Both the position numbers and the translations under genes were made by a program. This document shows positions 1 to 9,774 of a DNA stretch of 60,360 nt, piece by piece. Positions within the stretch are counted from its first letter, which is position 1. Each line of letters starts with the position of its first letter. The notes under the pieces were generated by a model. The model saw only the letters and a list, made by a program, of their open reading frames with translations, had not been told where the DNA came from and made no database searches. The DNA is from Bacteroidales bacterium. GTDB lineage: Bacteria > Bacteroidota > Bacteroidia > Bacteroidales > UBA932. The stretch spans positions 1-60,360 of the forward strand of contig JAGDBQ010000126.1 in the NCBI GenBank assembly GCA_017958985.1, written 5' to 3'.

Positions 1-2
1 GC

Positions 3-1760
3 ATCGTGGACATACGCACAAACGACGGCAATATGAAAGAGACGCACGGCACCGTCAGCGTCGGCCTTATCAGTGACAAGTTCCACCTGGAGGGCCCGAT
101 AATCAAGGACAAGCTTTCATATTCAGTCAGCGCCAGGGGTATGCACACCCTGCTGTACAGCCCTATTATCAAGACATTGCTCAAGGATTCATACGCCAAT
201 TACTATTTCTACGACCTGAACGGCAAGGTCACCTGGCGCCTGAGCGACAAGGACCGCTTCTATTTCGGGGCCTATCACGGCAGGGACCGGTTCGTCTACG
301 AAGAGAATTGGAACGGCGAAGGCACGGAATACATCGGTTCTCAAGCTGAATACGTCAAGAACCAGAGCAGGACGGATGTCGGAGTTTTCTGGGGAAACAC
401 CGTCGGATCGGCAAGGTGGAACCACGTGTTCAACAGCAAGCTGTTCGCCAACACCACGGTATCATACAACAGGTACAAGATGGTGATGACCGCAGGAGCC
501 CGGGAGACCGAAATCAGGAACGGGATAAAGTCAGTCAACCAGTATCACCTCGACTACCGTTCTGGAATCCGGGACCTGAGCGCCAGGATAGACTTTGACT
601 ATAATCCTTCCCCCCGCCACCTGGTCAAGTTCGGAACCGAATTCATCCGGCACACTTTCATCCCCGAGAGGATGTCCGCCGTGGACAGGGAGATCCAGGG
701 AAAGAACATCCAGGTAGATACCACCCTCCATTTCGGCGATCCCAAGAAGATATACAGGGGTAACGAGCTCTCGTTCTATATGGAAGACGATTTCAATATC
801 GGCTCCCATCTCACCGTGAACCCGGGCGCCCATCTGTCGATGTTCAACACGGAAGGACGCACCTACTGGAGCCTCCAGCCAAGGGTGTCCGCCAAGGTAT
901 CCACCAACATAGGCCTGTCTTTCAAGGCAGGATACGCCAGGATGGCCCAATACGTCCATCTGCTCAGTTCTGCCCAGATATCCCTCCCTGTGGACCTCTG
1001 GGTCCCTATCACGAAGGATATCCGCCCGGTAACCTCCGACCAGTTCTCCGTGGGCGCTTACTACGACCGCATCAAGGGCTGGGAATTCTCCCTGGAAGGT
1101 TACCTGAAGAATATGGACAACATCCTTGAATACAAGGACGGAACATTGATGCTCGGCACTTCGGATGGTTGGGAGAACAGGGTGGAAATGGGAAAAGGCA
1201 CCGCCAGGGGCGTTGAATTGCTGATACAGAAAACCACCGGAAAGACCACGGGATGGCTCGCATACACCCTTGCCAAGTCCGACCGCATATTCCCGGACGG
1301 AGCCATCAACAACGGCGAACGCTTCCCTTACAAATACGACCGGAGGCACAGCATAGACCTGAGCGTCGACCATCGTTTCAACAAGAGATGGGGAGTCGAT
1401 GCCGCCTGGTCATTCGCTACAGGAGGAACGACCACGGTACCTGTCCGCGAAGTGAGCGTCCTGATGCCGGACGGATGGGTCAACAGCGCCCAGTACGTGG
1501 ATCACCGCAACAACTTCCGTATCCCTCCGAGCCACAGGCTCAACATAGGCTTCAGCCATCACAGTCAGCGGCGTCACGGTGAAAGCATCCTGAACCTGAG
1601 CGTCTACAACGTCTACAACCAGATGAATCCGAACTTCGTATTCATGGACTACGGTCCGGACTACGACAAGGACGGCAACTACATCGGTACGAGTTTGAAA
1701 ATGAAGAAGATAACGATTCTTCCGTTACTACCGTCAATCAGTTGGACCCGTAATTTCTGA
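3..1760 (+). CDS. TonB-dependent outer-membrane receptor (5'-truncated by window edge)
   Basis: Frame is open from the window edge; alternating beta-strand pattern; SVVDIRTNDGN-like plug/barrel junction; C-terminal aromatic ...SWTRNF. Confidence 0.85.
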   Translation: MVDIRTNDGNMKETHGTVSVGLISDKFHLEGPIIKDKLSYSVSARGMHTLLYSPIIKTLLKDSYANYYFYDLNGKVTWRLSDKDRFYFGAYHGRDRFVYEENWNGEGTEYIGSQAEYVKNQSRTDVGVFWGNTVGSARWNHVFNSKLFANTTVSYNRYKMVMTAGARETEIRNGIKSVNQYHLDYRSGIRDLSARIDFDYNPSPRHLVKFGTEFIRHTFIPERMSAVDREIQGKNIQVDTTLHFGDPKKIYRGNELSFYMEDDFNIGSHLTVNPGAHLSMFNTEGRTYWSLQPRVSAKVSTNIGLSFKAGYARMAQYVHLLSSAQISLPVDLWVPITKDIRPVTSDQFSVGAYYDRIKGWEFSLEGYLKNMDNILEYKDGTLMLGTSDGWENRVEMGKGTARGVELLIQKTTGKTTGWLAYTLAKSDRIFPDGAINNGERFPYKYDRRHSIDLSVDHRFNKRWGVDAAWSFATGGTTTVPVREVSVLMPDGWVNSAQYVDHRNNFRIPPSHRLNIGFSHHSQRRHGESILNLSVYNVYNQMNPNFVFMDYGPDYDKDGNYIGTSLKMKKITILPLLPSISWTRNF

Positions 1761-1766
1761 CAAGCT

Positions 1767-2855
1767 ATGAAAAGAATCCTTACAATGACCTTGACTGCAG
1801 CCCTGCTGTTGCTGGCTGCCTGCCAGAATACCATCAGATACGAGTACGACCTCAACGATGGGAAGATCACCCTGCTCGGCAATCTTTCGACCGTCGACAG
1901 CGTCCATTCCGTATTCCTCTCTATGAGCTATCCGGATAAGACTGATTCCCTTCCGGATGCGGCTGTTTACTGCTACGTGAACGGAGAACGCATCCAGGCA
2001 TCCAAGGTACACCCAGGTTACGAGAGACAGTACGACCCTGTAACTCAGGGAATCATCCTCGCCCCGATAAAGAACCGCTACACTGAATACCGGTTCCCTG
2101 CCAGATTCAAGCCCGGAGACGACATAAGGCTCGAGGCATCCAAGGGAGACCTCAAGGCCTGGACCGAGCTGGAGGTCCCTCAGCCGGGGACGATAGTCTC
2201 CGTAGATACCGTGACCGTGGTCAAGAAATGGTCATACCAGGACATAGACGGCACGGACACCTATGAGCAGGAGTATGTCGAATTCACCATACGGCTCAAG
2301 GATGTCAAGGGAACTGACAGCTATTTCACTCTCGATGCCGTGATCAGCACCGTCACGAAGCTTTTCTCCGATGATGAGATAACGGAAACGCTGCAAAGCT
2401 CTGGGAGGCTGGACTACGAAACCTTCCACGACCTTATCCTGGAGGATGGATATTCCTCCGGCATCGGCAATATCTTCGAGGACCTGTTACCTGTAAACAG
2501 CACTCATTGCTTCTCGGACAAGATGTTCAAGGACGGAGAAGCCACTGTCAAGCTATATTTACCGACATACGTTTTCAGGGGGTTCCACGACTTCTATCCG
2601 GACACGGACCTGGTCCAGTTGGACAGGTCGTTCTCATTGGTATTCAACAGTTTCGACCGTAGTTTCTACAACTATCTGAGAGCTATCAACAATATGATGT
2701 GCTACGGTTTCGATGTCGACCCGATAGTCGAGCCTACGATGCTTCCGAACAATGTCAACGGAGGGATGGGTATCGTCTCGATAGCCGCTGGGGCAAGTTT
2801 CGATATGGTCTTTCCTACAGAGACCTACAAGCCATACGAGATTATCTATTACTAA
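1767..2855 (+). CDS. DUF4249-like lipoprotein, probable partner of the upstream TBDR
   Basis: Lipobox LLAAC; C-terminal EPTMLPNNVNGGMGIV resembles the DUF4249 'xxxSNIxGGxGIF' motif; 6 bp downstream of the TBDR. Confidence 0.75.
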   Translation: MKRILTMTLTAALLLLAACQNTIRYEYDLNDGKITLLGNLSTVDSVHSVFLSMSYPDKTDSLPDAAVYCYVNGERIQASKVHPGYERQYDPVTQGIILAPIKNRYTEYRFPARFKPGDDIRLEASKGDLKAWTELEVPQPGTIVSVDTVTVVKKWSYQDIDGTDTYEQEYVEFTIRLKDVKGTDSYFTLDAVISTVTKLFSDDEITETLQSSGRLDYETFHDLILEDGYSSGIGNIFEDLLPVNSTHCFSDKMFKDGEATVKLYLPTYVFRGFHDFYPDTDLVQLDRSFSLVFNSFDRSFYNYLRAINNMMCYGFDVDPIVEPTMLPNNVNGGMGIVSIAAGASFDMVFPTETYKPYEIIYY

Positions 2856-4276
2856 TAGACTCCTGAGCCCAGCATCTCGCCGGACGGATCATACCAGGCA
2901 GCGAACTGGCCGCCGGACAATCCCCTCTGCGGAGAATCGAACAGTATATACAGCCCGGAAGGGCGTTTGATCAGCCACGCATCCTGGAGCGGCTGACGGT
3001 AACGCACCCGGACCCGGTAGCGACGGACAGATCCATCATCCATCGCGAGGTCAGGCCTGATCCAATGTATATCCTGCGAGTCTATCTTCAGACAGCTGCG
3101 GGAAAGGCCCTTGTGGGTATGTCCCTCGCCGACGTAGATTATGTTTTCCTTCACGTCGGTAGCCAGCACGAACAAGGATTCCTTATGGCCTCCGATGTTC
3201 AGTCCCTTCCTCTGCCCTACCGTATAGAACTGAGCGCCATCGTGCCGGCCCACGATCTTCCCGAAAGGGTTTTCCTTGTAACGGGTCTTCTTCAAGTGCT
3301 TCCTTCCGGAACGATAGGTCTCGGTCTCGAACCTGATGTCACTGTAGTCAAGGGGCTCTGAGAGCCTTTCAAGGTCGGTGTCGCTTATCGCCGCAATCTT
3401 TTCCGGAGAATATATGTTCGCCGCGGATCCGGAGAGTCTCCTGTTGTTGAAAGCCTCCCCGCCTGAATCTTCCGACGAATACCCTGCAATCATATTCGGC
3501 TCTCCCGGGACTTCCAGAATGGAAGCCAGGGTATCGTGGACGAAGGTATAATGCCCGCTCCGGGAGTAGTAGGCGTCATATACTTCGACGACATCTCCAT
3601 CTGACGGCTTCAGTTTCTGCTTGAGGAAAGTAGGAAGGTCCACCTTGCCGACAAAGCATATCCCCTGGGAATCTTTCTTGTCTGCTGAAGGCAGGTCCGC
3701 CCTGCTTGCGATCTCCCGCACCTGGGGCTTGGTCAGCTCGCCTATTGGGAAAAGGGCCTTCGAGAGCTGCTCCTGCGTCAGCTGGCAGAGGAAATAACTC
3801 TGGTCCTTGTTCGGGTCCACACCTTCGAGTATGCGCCACTGCGGCCGCCCGTCCGTTACTACCTGGGCGCCCTCGTCATCAAGCAGGGGTTCCCTCCGGC
3901 AATAATGTCCTGTCGCGACCATATCCGCTCCCATCCTCTCCGCCGCCTTGATGAAAGCGTCGAACTTGATCTCCCTGTTGCACAGGACATCCGGGTTGGG
4001 CGTCCGTCCGCGCCCGTATTCATCGAACATATAGTCCACGACCCGCTGGCGGTATTCCTCAGAAAGGTCCACGAAATAGAACGGTATCCCTATCTTCCTG
4101 GCCACCATCTCTGCCACGAAGCGGTCCTCTTCCCACTCGCAGTCTCCGTGCAGGGTAGCGTCGGCATCGTGCCAGTTCTGCATGAACATAGCGAACACGT
4201 CATACCCCTGCTGCTTGAGCAGCAAGGCGGCGACGCTGGAGTCGACTCCTCCCGAAAGACCTACGCATACTTTCAT
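2852..4276 (-). CDS. mnmA: tRNA 2-thiouridine(34) synthase MnmA with a large internal insertion
   Basis: SGGVDS PP-loop, TPNPDVLCN, ATGHY, KDQSYFL, KKDSQGICF, YTVGQRKG, GQFAAWY. Confidence 0.97.
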   Translation of the reverse strand: MKVCVGLSGGVDSSVAALLLKQQGYDVFAMFMQNWHDADATLHGDCEWEEDRFVAEMVARKIGIPFYFVDLSEEYRQRVVDYMFDEYGRGRTPNPDVLCNREIKFDAFIKAAERMGADMVATGHYCRREPLLDDEGAQVVTDGRPQWRILEGVDPNKDQSYFLCQLTQEQLSKALFPIGELTKPQVREIASRADLPSADKKDSQGICFVGKVDLPTFLKQKLKPSDGDVVEVYDAYYSRSGHYTFVHDTLASILEVPGEPNMIAGYSSEDSGGEAFNNRRLSGSAANIYSPEKIAAISDTDLERLSEPLDYSDIRFETETYRSGRKHLKKTRYKENPFGKIVGRHDGAQFYTVGQRKGLNIGGHKESLFVLATDVKENIIYVGEGHTHKGLSRSCLKIDSQDIHWIRPDLAMDDGSVRRYRVRVRYRQPLQDAWLIKRPSGLYILFDSPQRGLSGGQFAAWYDPSGEMLGSGVY

Positions 4277-4283
4277 ACGGACG

Positions 4284-4331
4284 CAAAGTTAATCAACATC
4301 AATGTATTTTGTACATTTTTTACTAAATTTG
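4284..4331. promoter_or_regulatory. Divergent Bacteroidota -7 boxes for mnmA (-) and cdd (+)
   Basis: TAACTTTG on - strand at 4284-4291; TAAATTTG on + strand at 4324-4331; both match TAnnTTTG. Confidence 0.7.
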
Positions 4332-4357
4332 GGAATCGGACACAAGAATACCCGCCA

Positions 4358-4840
4358 ATGAAGAACGTAACACTAAACATCGATTTCACCGAATATTCTT
4401 CACTTGAAGAGATGGATCCCCAGGACCAGGAAGTCGTAAAGGCAGCCATCGAAGCGCAGAAGGGTTCCTACGCCCCGTATTCGACATTCAATGTAGGTGC
4501 AGCCGTACGTCTGGAAGACGGCACGATAGTCAAAGGTGCCAATCAGGAAAACGCAGCCTACCCTTCAGGACTCTGCGCTGAAAGGACGGCTATGTTCGCG
4601 GCAGGAGCTGCTTATCCGGGCGTACCGATGACGACCCTGGCCATAGTGGGCGGCTTCGGTTTCAGCCTTGCCGAAACCCCTTGCACCCCGTGCGGTGGAT
4701 GCCGTCAGGTCATGGCCGAATACCAGACTGCCGGGAAAAGGCCGCTGAGCGTCATTATGTACGGAACCAGGAAGACCTGGAAGTTCGGGAAGGTAGATGA
4801 CATCCTTCCCTTCATATTTGACAGTTTCAACGAAAAGTAG
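4358..4840 (+). CDS. cdd: Cytidine deaminase
   Basis: SYAPYSTFNVGAA, NQENAAYPSGLCAER, PCGGCRQ zinc motifs; start reassigned to ATG 4358 because the longer ORF call overlaps mnmA. Confidence 0.95.
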   Translation: MKNVTLNIDFTEYSSLEEMDPQDQEVVKAAIEAQKGSYAPYSTFNVGAAVRLEDGTIVKGANQENAAYPSGLCAERTAMFAAGAAYPGVPMTTLAIVGGFGFSLAETPCTPCGGCRQVMAEYQTAGKRPLSVIMYGTRKTWKFGKVDDILPFIFDSFNEK

Positions 4841-4848
4841 TATATTTG
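4817..4848 (+). promoter_or_regulatory. Promoter of SRP RNA (-33 TTTG, -7 TATATTTG)
   Basis: TTTG at 4817-4820 and TATATTTG at 4841-4848, 20-bp spacing, just upstream of the ffs 5' end. Confidence 0.75.
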
Positions 4849-4854
4849 CAGCCT

Positions 4855-4953
4855 AGGGAAAGTCGTACACGACCAGCTCCCTCTGAATTCCCCCAGGGCC
4901 GGAAGGCAGCAAGGGTAGGAGGTCGTAGCGGTGCGATGTGCCAAGCTTTCCCT
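4855..4953 (+). ncRNA. ffs: Signal recognition particle RNA (4.5S)
   Basis: Domain IV signature CAGGGCCGGAAGGCAGCAAGGGTAG with GGAA tetraloop; terminal AGGGAAAG pairs with CTTTCCCT; followed by a T-run. Confidence 0.93.
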
Positions 4954-4957
4954 TTTT

Positions 4958-6301
4958 TTATGCCCTCTGCTCTCCGTCCGGCATCCTTTCACAGACGATC
5001 AGATAATTCCCCGAATCGTAAGGAGTCTCTATCCTGACTCCGAAGATATGGGCGTCGTCACCGGAGCCTGTTCCCATCTTCCTACGCAGTTCCTCGCTCG
5101 TCAGCTGGATGTTCCTGGCCGTAACCTCCGACCGGGGATACTTCCGGGATAACTCTTTCATCGAAGACCGCTTCAGGGGAAGCAACTCCTTTACACTGAA
5201 GAGTTTCCCGAACTTCATCAATTCCCGGGCCCTAAGGAGCGCCTCATCGCCGGTCACCACTTCCGGGAACGTATAGAGATGCGTGAAACGCGCCAGCTTC
5301 ACCAGACCGAACCTCCCGCACAGGGCATTGAACACTGCAGCCTTGGTCAAGGACTTGCCAGGCTCGAACAGATAGCGCACATAAGTCGAATCAGGATACT
5401 TGGCCGAAGAGCCGGCAACCTCGGAGGGTGTGAATTCCAAGGTCTCACCATCCTCCCTGCATATCAGCGAATAACCGTCATTCCAGTCCCTGTCCATCCA
5501 CACCAGGAGTTCCTTGCACTCCCCTCCCGAAGAGACCACGTGGACTTCCCTCACCCACCTTCCGTTCCATCCTGATCCGTCTCCCCTTTCCAGGAATCTC
5601 TCATAAGTCCTGTTAAGACGTTCTGTGACCAGCTGGATATCAGCCATCGGGGAAAGCTTCAGCAGCAGATGTCTGCAAACGGAAAGGAGTCCCGGAAGAA
5701 GCGCAAGCACATCCGGGCGGCAGTCTTCCAGCAGGAACACCTTCTTCCCGGCAGACGACCTCCTCGCCGGATCCAGGAATATGACATCGGGATGGAAGTC
5801 TCCGAGAATACGGGAAAGTGTCGTCGGCGAAGTTTCCTGGTTCAGGACGCGGATGTTACGCGCACCTAGGACCTCGAAATTGTGGCTTGCAGCGGCAGCG
5901 AGGGCTGGATCGGCCTCATTGTAGAGGACTTTGTCGAAACACTCCGAGAAAGCCCAGGAATCTATGCCCAGGCCACCCGTAAGATCGGCTATCCCGGACC
6001 CATTCCCTCCGGAAAGCCCTGCGATCCTGCGTGCTACCGAAGCCTTGTACCTGGCCGTAGCGGAAGAACTGCACTGCTCAGCACAGAGGGTGGTAGGATA
6101 AACCAGGCCAGTCCTGGAATACCATTCCGGGACTTTCTTGCGAAGCTTGTTGCGCGCATCTATAGTATTGACTGCCAAATACTTGACAGGGATGTCAGAA
6201 AGCCTTTGATCCTCAGGCCTCGGCCACTGCTTGTTGGAGAGCAGCAGACGCGCAGTATCCGCATCCGCATTGGCGACAATGAATTGTTCGAAACTATCCA
6301 T
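4958..6301 (-). CDS. Class I SAM-dependent methyltransferase with THUMP-like C-terminal domain
   Basis: EQCSS, DLTGGLGID SAM-binding motif, FLDPARR, KLSPMADI, ECKELL. Confidence 0.85.
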   Translation of the reverse strand: MDSFEQFIVANADADTARLLLSNKQWPRPEDQRLSDIPVKYLAVNTIDARNKLRKKVPEWYSRTGLVYPTTLCAEQCSSSATARYKASVARRIAGLSGGNGSGIADLTGGLGIDSWAFSECFDKVLYNEADPALAAAASHNFEVLGARNIRVLNQETSPTTLSRILGDFHPDVIFLDPARRSSAGKKVFLLEDCRPDVLALLPGLLSVCRHLLLKLSPMADIQLVTERLNRTYERFLERGDGSGWNGRWVREVHVVSSGGECKELLVWMDRDWNDGYSLICREDGETLEFTPSEVAGSSAKYPDSTYVRYLFEPGKSLTKAAVFNALCGRFGLVKLARFTHLYTFPEVVTGDEALLRARELMKFGKLFSVKELLPLKRSSMKELSRKYPRSEVTARNIQLTSEELRRKMGTGSGDDAHIFGVRIETPYDSGNYLIVCERMPDGEQRA

Positions 6302-6308
6302 ATTGACA

Positions 6309-6372
6309 CAAAGGTAATCAATTTGAAGGAATCAGTTGCTTTTGCAGATAAACCGAAAAAAGATTAACTTTG
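6309..6372. promoter_or_regulatory. Divergent -7 boxes
   Basis: TACCTTTG on - strand at 6309-6316; TAACTTTG on + strand at 6365-6372. Confidence 0.65.
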
Positions 6373-6400
6373 TTAGAAGGAAACTAATTCTTTAACGCAT

Positions 6401-6880
6401 ATGAAGAGATTTTTGATTCTGTGCGGCCTCGTCGCCGCTCTTATGTGCCTGGCACAGAACGCTAATGCACAGTATGCCCGTAAAGGCGCCAACATCGTGG
6501 ACCCGCAAGGGAAAGTCCTTTCGGACAAGGCTCTGGTCGACCTTGTCGGCAATGACATCTATGAGCAGACTGTCATCGGAGCCCGGAAGCAGTTCAAGGC
6601 CGGTAAGAAATTGATTGCCGGCGGTATCGTCGGTATCGGTGTAGGCTTTGCCGGAATCGTCGCCGCAGCAGTCAAGATGCAGGACGCCGGATATGAAGGC
6701 GACTGGGAAGCAGCGATGGAGAATGATCCTTCGGTTGCCGGATTATACCTTTTGGGAGCAGGAGCGACATCCCTGGGCTGCTCGGCAGTATCGGCTGGCA
6801 TAGTCCTGAAGACCATCGGCAAGAAGCGCCTCAACTGGGTAGCCGGCCAGTGCGGAGTGGGAATCGCCCTGAATTTCTAG
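6401..6880 (+). CDS. Hypothetical exported glycine-rich membrane protein (paralogue A)
   Basis: Signal peptide ending ANA|Q; two Gly-rich hydrophobic segments; C-terminus GIALNF; paralogue at 11906-12397. Confidence 0.8.
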   Translation: MKRFLILCGLVAALMCLAQNANAQYARKGANIVDPQGKVLSDKALVDLVGNDIYEQTVIGARKQFKAGKKLIAGGIVGIGVGFAGIVAAAVKMQDAGYEGDWEAAMENDPSVAGLYLLGAGATSLGCSAVSAGIVLKTIGKKRLNWVAGQCGVGIALNF

Positions 6881-6884
6881 ACTT

Positions 6885-8549
6885 ATGGCACAAGACTATA
6901 TCGCAACCGCGAAAAAGTGGCTGGATGGAGATTTCGATCCCGAGACCAAGATGAAGGTCCTCGAACTGAGGAACAACGATCCGGCAGGTTTCGAGGACGC
7001 ATTCTACAAGACACTTGAATTCGGCACCGGCGGACTGCGCGGACTGATGGGCGTAGGTACCAACAGGATGAACAGATATACGGTCGGAATGGCCACCCAG
7101 GGTCTTGCCAACTACATTCTCAAGAAAGTCAAGGGAGACGACATACGCGTCTGCATCTCATACGACAGCCGCAACAATTCCAAGATGTTCGCCAAGATCA
7201 CGGCAGACATCCTGAGTGCCAACGGCCTGCACGTATTCATATTCGACAACATCAGGCCTACGCCGGAGCTCAGCTATTCCATCCGCAAGAAGGGAGCAGT
7301 CGCCGGAGTCATGGTGACCGCATCACACAACCCGAAGGAATACAACGGCTACAAGGTCTACTGGTCCGACGGAGCACAGATAGTCCCTCCGACCGACAAG
7401 GAGATAATCGAAGAAGTATCGAGGGTCACCGAACCTTCCCAGGTCCGTTTCGTCAGAGGCGAGCACTGCGGGGAGGTCGAACTGATGGGAAAGGATGTGG
7501 ACGAAGCCTACATCAATGACATCCTTTCACTTACCCTGAGCCCGGAGGCAAGGGAGAGGCACAGCGACATCAAGATCGTGTATACTCCTCTCCACGGCTG
7601 CGGTGTCCGTATCGTGCCCGAGTGCCTCAAGCGTATGGGTTTCAGCAACGTGATACACGTTCCGGAGCAGGATATCAGTGACGGGGACTTCCCTACGGTC
7701 GTGTCTCCCAACCCAGAGGAACCGGCTGCGATGAAGATGGCCTTGGAAATGGCTGACCGGAAAGGTGCCGACATCGTGATGGCTTCCGATCCGGACGCAG
7801 ACCGCCTTGGGATCGCCGTAAGGGACGACGAGGGCAAGATGGTCCAGTTCAACGGGAACCAGACCGCCTCCCTGCTGACCTATTACATCCTCACCCGCTG
7901 GAAGGAACTCGGAAAACTCGACCCGACCAAGTACTGCGTCAAGACCATAGTGACCACAGAACTTATCGCAGATATCTGCAAGGGATTCGGAGTCAAGTGC
8001 TATGACGTACTTACCGGTTTCAAGTGGATCGGAGAGATAGTCAGGAACAACGAAGGAAAGGGAGAATTCATCTGCGGCGGCGAAGAGAGCTACGGCTTCA
8101 ACATCGGCGAATTCGTACGCGACAAGGATGCACCTATCGCCTGTATGATGGTGGCCGAATGCGCTGCCTGGGCGGCTGACCAGGGACTCACCCTATACCA
8201 GCTTATGCAGAGGATCTACAAGGAATTCGGATACCGCAAGGAAAGTATGGTCTACCTTGTGCGCACCGGCAAATCCGGAGCGGAAGAGATCCAGGGCATT
8301 ATGGACAAGATGAGGAGCAATCCAGCCAAGGACCTCGCCGGCTCGCCGGTCGTCAAGGTCGTGGATTACGACAAGCCGGAAGAAACCGGCCTGCCTAAGA
8401 GCAACGTCCTGCAGTATTTCGACGAAGACGGAGACGTAGTGACCGTGCGTCCTTCGGGTACCGAGCCGAAGATAAAGTTCTACTTCGGAGCCAAGGGCGA
8501 AGACGCCGATGCTAAGCTCGCCCGGTTCAAGGACCAGTTCATCTCCTAA
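6885..8549 (+). CDS. pgm: Phosphoglucomutase/phosphomannomutase
   Basis: FGTGGLRG, TASHNP phosphoserine loop, DPDADR metal loop, GEES, RPSGTEPKIKFY. Confidence 0.95.
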   Translation: MAQDYIATAKKWLDGDFDPETKMKVLELRNNDPAGFEDAFYKTLEFGTGGLRGLMGVGTNRMNRYTVGMATQGLANYILKKVKGDDIRVCISYDSRNNSKMFAKITADILSANGLHVFIFDNIRPTPELSYSIRKKGAVAGVMVTASHNPKEYNGYKVYWSDGAQIVPPTDKEIIEEVSRVTEPSQVRFVRGEHCGEVELMGKDVDEAYINDILSLTLSPEARERHSDIKIVYTPLHGCGVRIVPECLKRMGFSNVIHVPEQDISDGDFPTVVSPNPEEPAAMKMALEMADRKGADIVMASDPDADRLGIAVRDDEGKMVQFNGNQTASLLTYYILTRWKELGKLDPTKYCVKTIVTTELIADICKGFGVKCYDVLTGFKWIGEIVRNNEGKGEFICGGEESYGFNIGEFVRDKDAPIACMMVAECAAWAADQGLTLYQLMQRIYKEFGYRKESMVYLVRTGKSGAEEIQGIMDKMRSNPAKDLAGSPVVKVVDYDKPEETGLPKSNVLQYFDEDGDVVTVRPSGTEPKIKFYFGAKGEDADAKLARFKDQFIS

Positions 8550-8550
8550 G

Positions 8551-9774
8551 TTACAGGAGCATCCTGACGTATTGGTTTATATTCCTGGCCTCTACACCGA
8601 AAACGGCAAAGAGGTCAGGATATTTCTTGCACTCCAGCAAGCTGCGGACCATCGCAGGACCTTCGAGTTCCAGGGCGTGTTCCACCAGCAGGGCACCTAG
8701 TATGCCCTCGAGAGGTGCCACGGCCAGATATGGCTTCCCACCCTTCAGGAGTGGGATTATGGTGTCGTAGAAACCGTCCTCATCAGCCATATCCAGACCG
8801 GGATTGTCCTTCAGGAACCTCTGCAGGCTCGCCTTGAGGTCCTTGTATGAACAGGTCATATAGCCGCCGTGGTAGGAAGCAACTCCTTCCTGCATCATCT
8901 GCAGGGCGGCAGGATAACCCGCGCGCATCAACAGGAGACCTACGCTGTGCCTGTCATCGAAATAGTTGGACATCACGGTATCAGGTCCGAATGTGCGTCC
9001 GTAGAAGCCCGGTGAAGTAACCTTGGCGTTCACGGTGGCCATCAGAGGATTGGAATAGGCATTGAAGAGGAACCCGGAAAGCCTTTCACAGCGGTCAGGG
9101 TCGGGAGCCACGACATAGCGTACCGGAGTGTCAAAACCGATCGAATACTCCTCGAGGAATCCTTCCAGGTACTGGATTTCGGACTGGACGACCTTCTTGT
9201 CCGGGATACATCCTTTGTCGCAGTAATATTCTATCTTGCCGGTGGACAACTTGGCAAGGGTCGGAATGGAAGCGTCGAGCCAGTTGCAAAGACGGAAAGG
9301 ATTTTCCAATGCACCTTCGGCCGGTTCCGCCACAGCCATCGCGCAGACCCGGAAAACACTTTCCACCCAGTCCGCATATTCCTCTCCCGGCAGCCTGCTT
9401 TTAGTCATTGCGATTATTTCGTAAGTCCCCCGGCCGATCTTGCGGATATCCAGTATCCTGTCCTCGCGGAACGAGGCATACAGGAGGTTGCCGTCGTCGA
9501 ACTCAAGCAGATAATCAGGGGTTCCGTCCATCCACATAGACCTCCTTTCCTCCTTGGAAACCGATGCGGTCGTGAAAGACGCCACATACTTCTTCCAAAG
9601 GTCGGCAACCATCCTGACCGAGTCCTTCTCGGCGCTTGTCATCAAGGGAAGGTCAACCTTGTACGGCCTCAGGCCGGGGACCTGCTCGCTCCGTGTCACC
9701 TGCTGTGCGACAACTGGCAGAGCCATCAGCAACGAAACGGAGAATAAAATGATATTCAGGAATTTACGCATCAT
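8551..9774 (-). CDS. Hypothetical exported protein with a degenerate gluzincin-like C-terminal region
   Basis: Signal peptide (VVA|QQ); QEGVASYHGG resembles the gluzincin third-ligand EGxA motif; no HExxH. Confidence 0.6.
   Translation of the reverse strand: MMRKFLNIILFSVSLLMALPVVAQQVTRSEQVPGLRPYKVDLPLMTSAEKDSVRMVADLWKKYVASFTTASVSKEERRSMWMDGTPDYLLEFDDGNLLYASFREDRILDIRKIGRGTYEIIAMTKSRLPGEEYADWVESVFRVCAMAVAEPAEGALENPFRLCNWLDASIPTLAKLSTGKIEYYCDKGCIPDKKVVQSEIQYLEGFLEEYSIGFDTPVRYVVAPDPDRCERLSGFLFNAYSNPLMATVNAKVTSPGFYGRTFGPDTVMSNYFDDRHSVGLLLMRAGYPAALQMMQEGVASYHGGYMTCSYKDLKASLQRFLKDNPGLDMADEDGFYDTIIPLLKGGKPYLAVAPLEGILGALLVEHALELEGPAMVRSLLECKKYPDLFAVFGVEARNINQYVRMLL

Noticed and set aside
3263-3580. 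Intein in MnmA
   Set aside because: No Cys/Ser start with His-Asn end and no LAGLIDADG motif.
3905-4357. 151-aa N-terminal extension of the cytidine deaminase ORF
   Set aside because: It runs antisense over mnmA and through the promoter region; the deaminase domain starts at ATG 4358.
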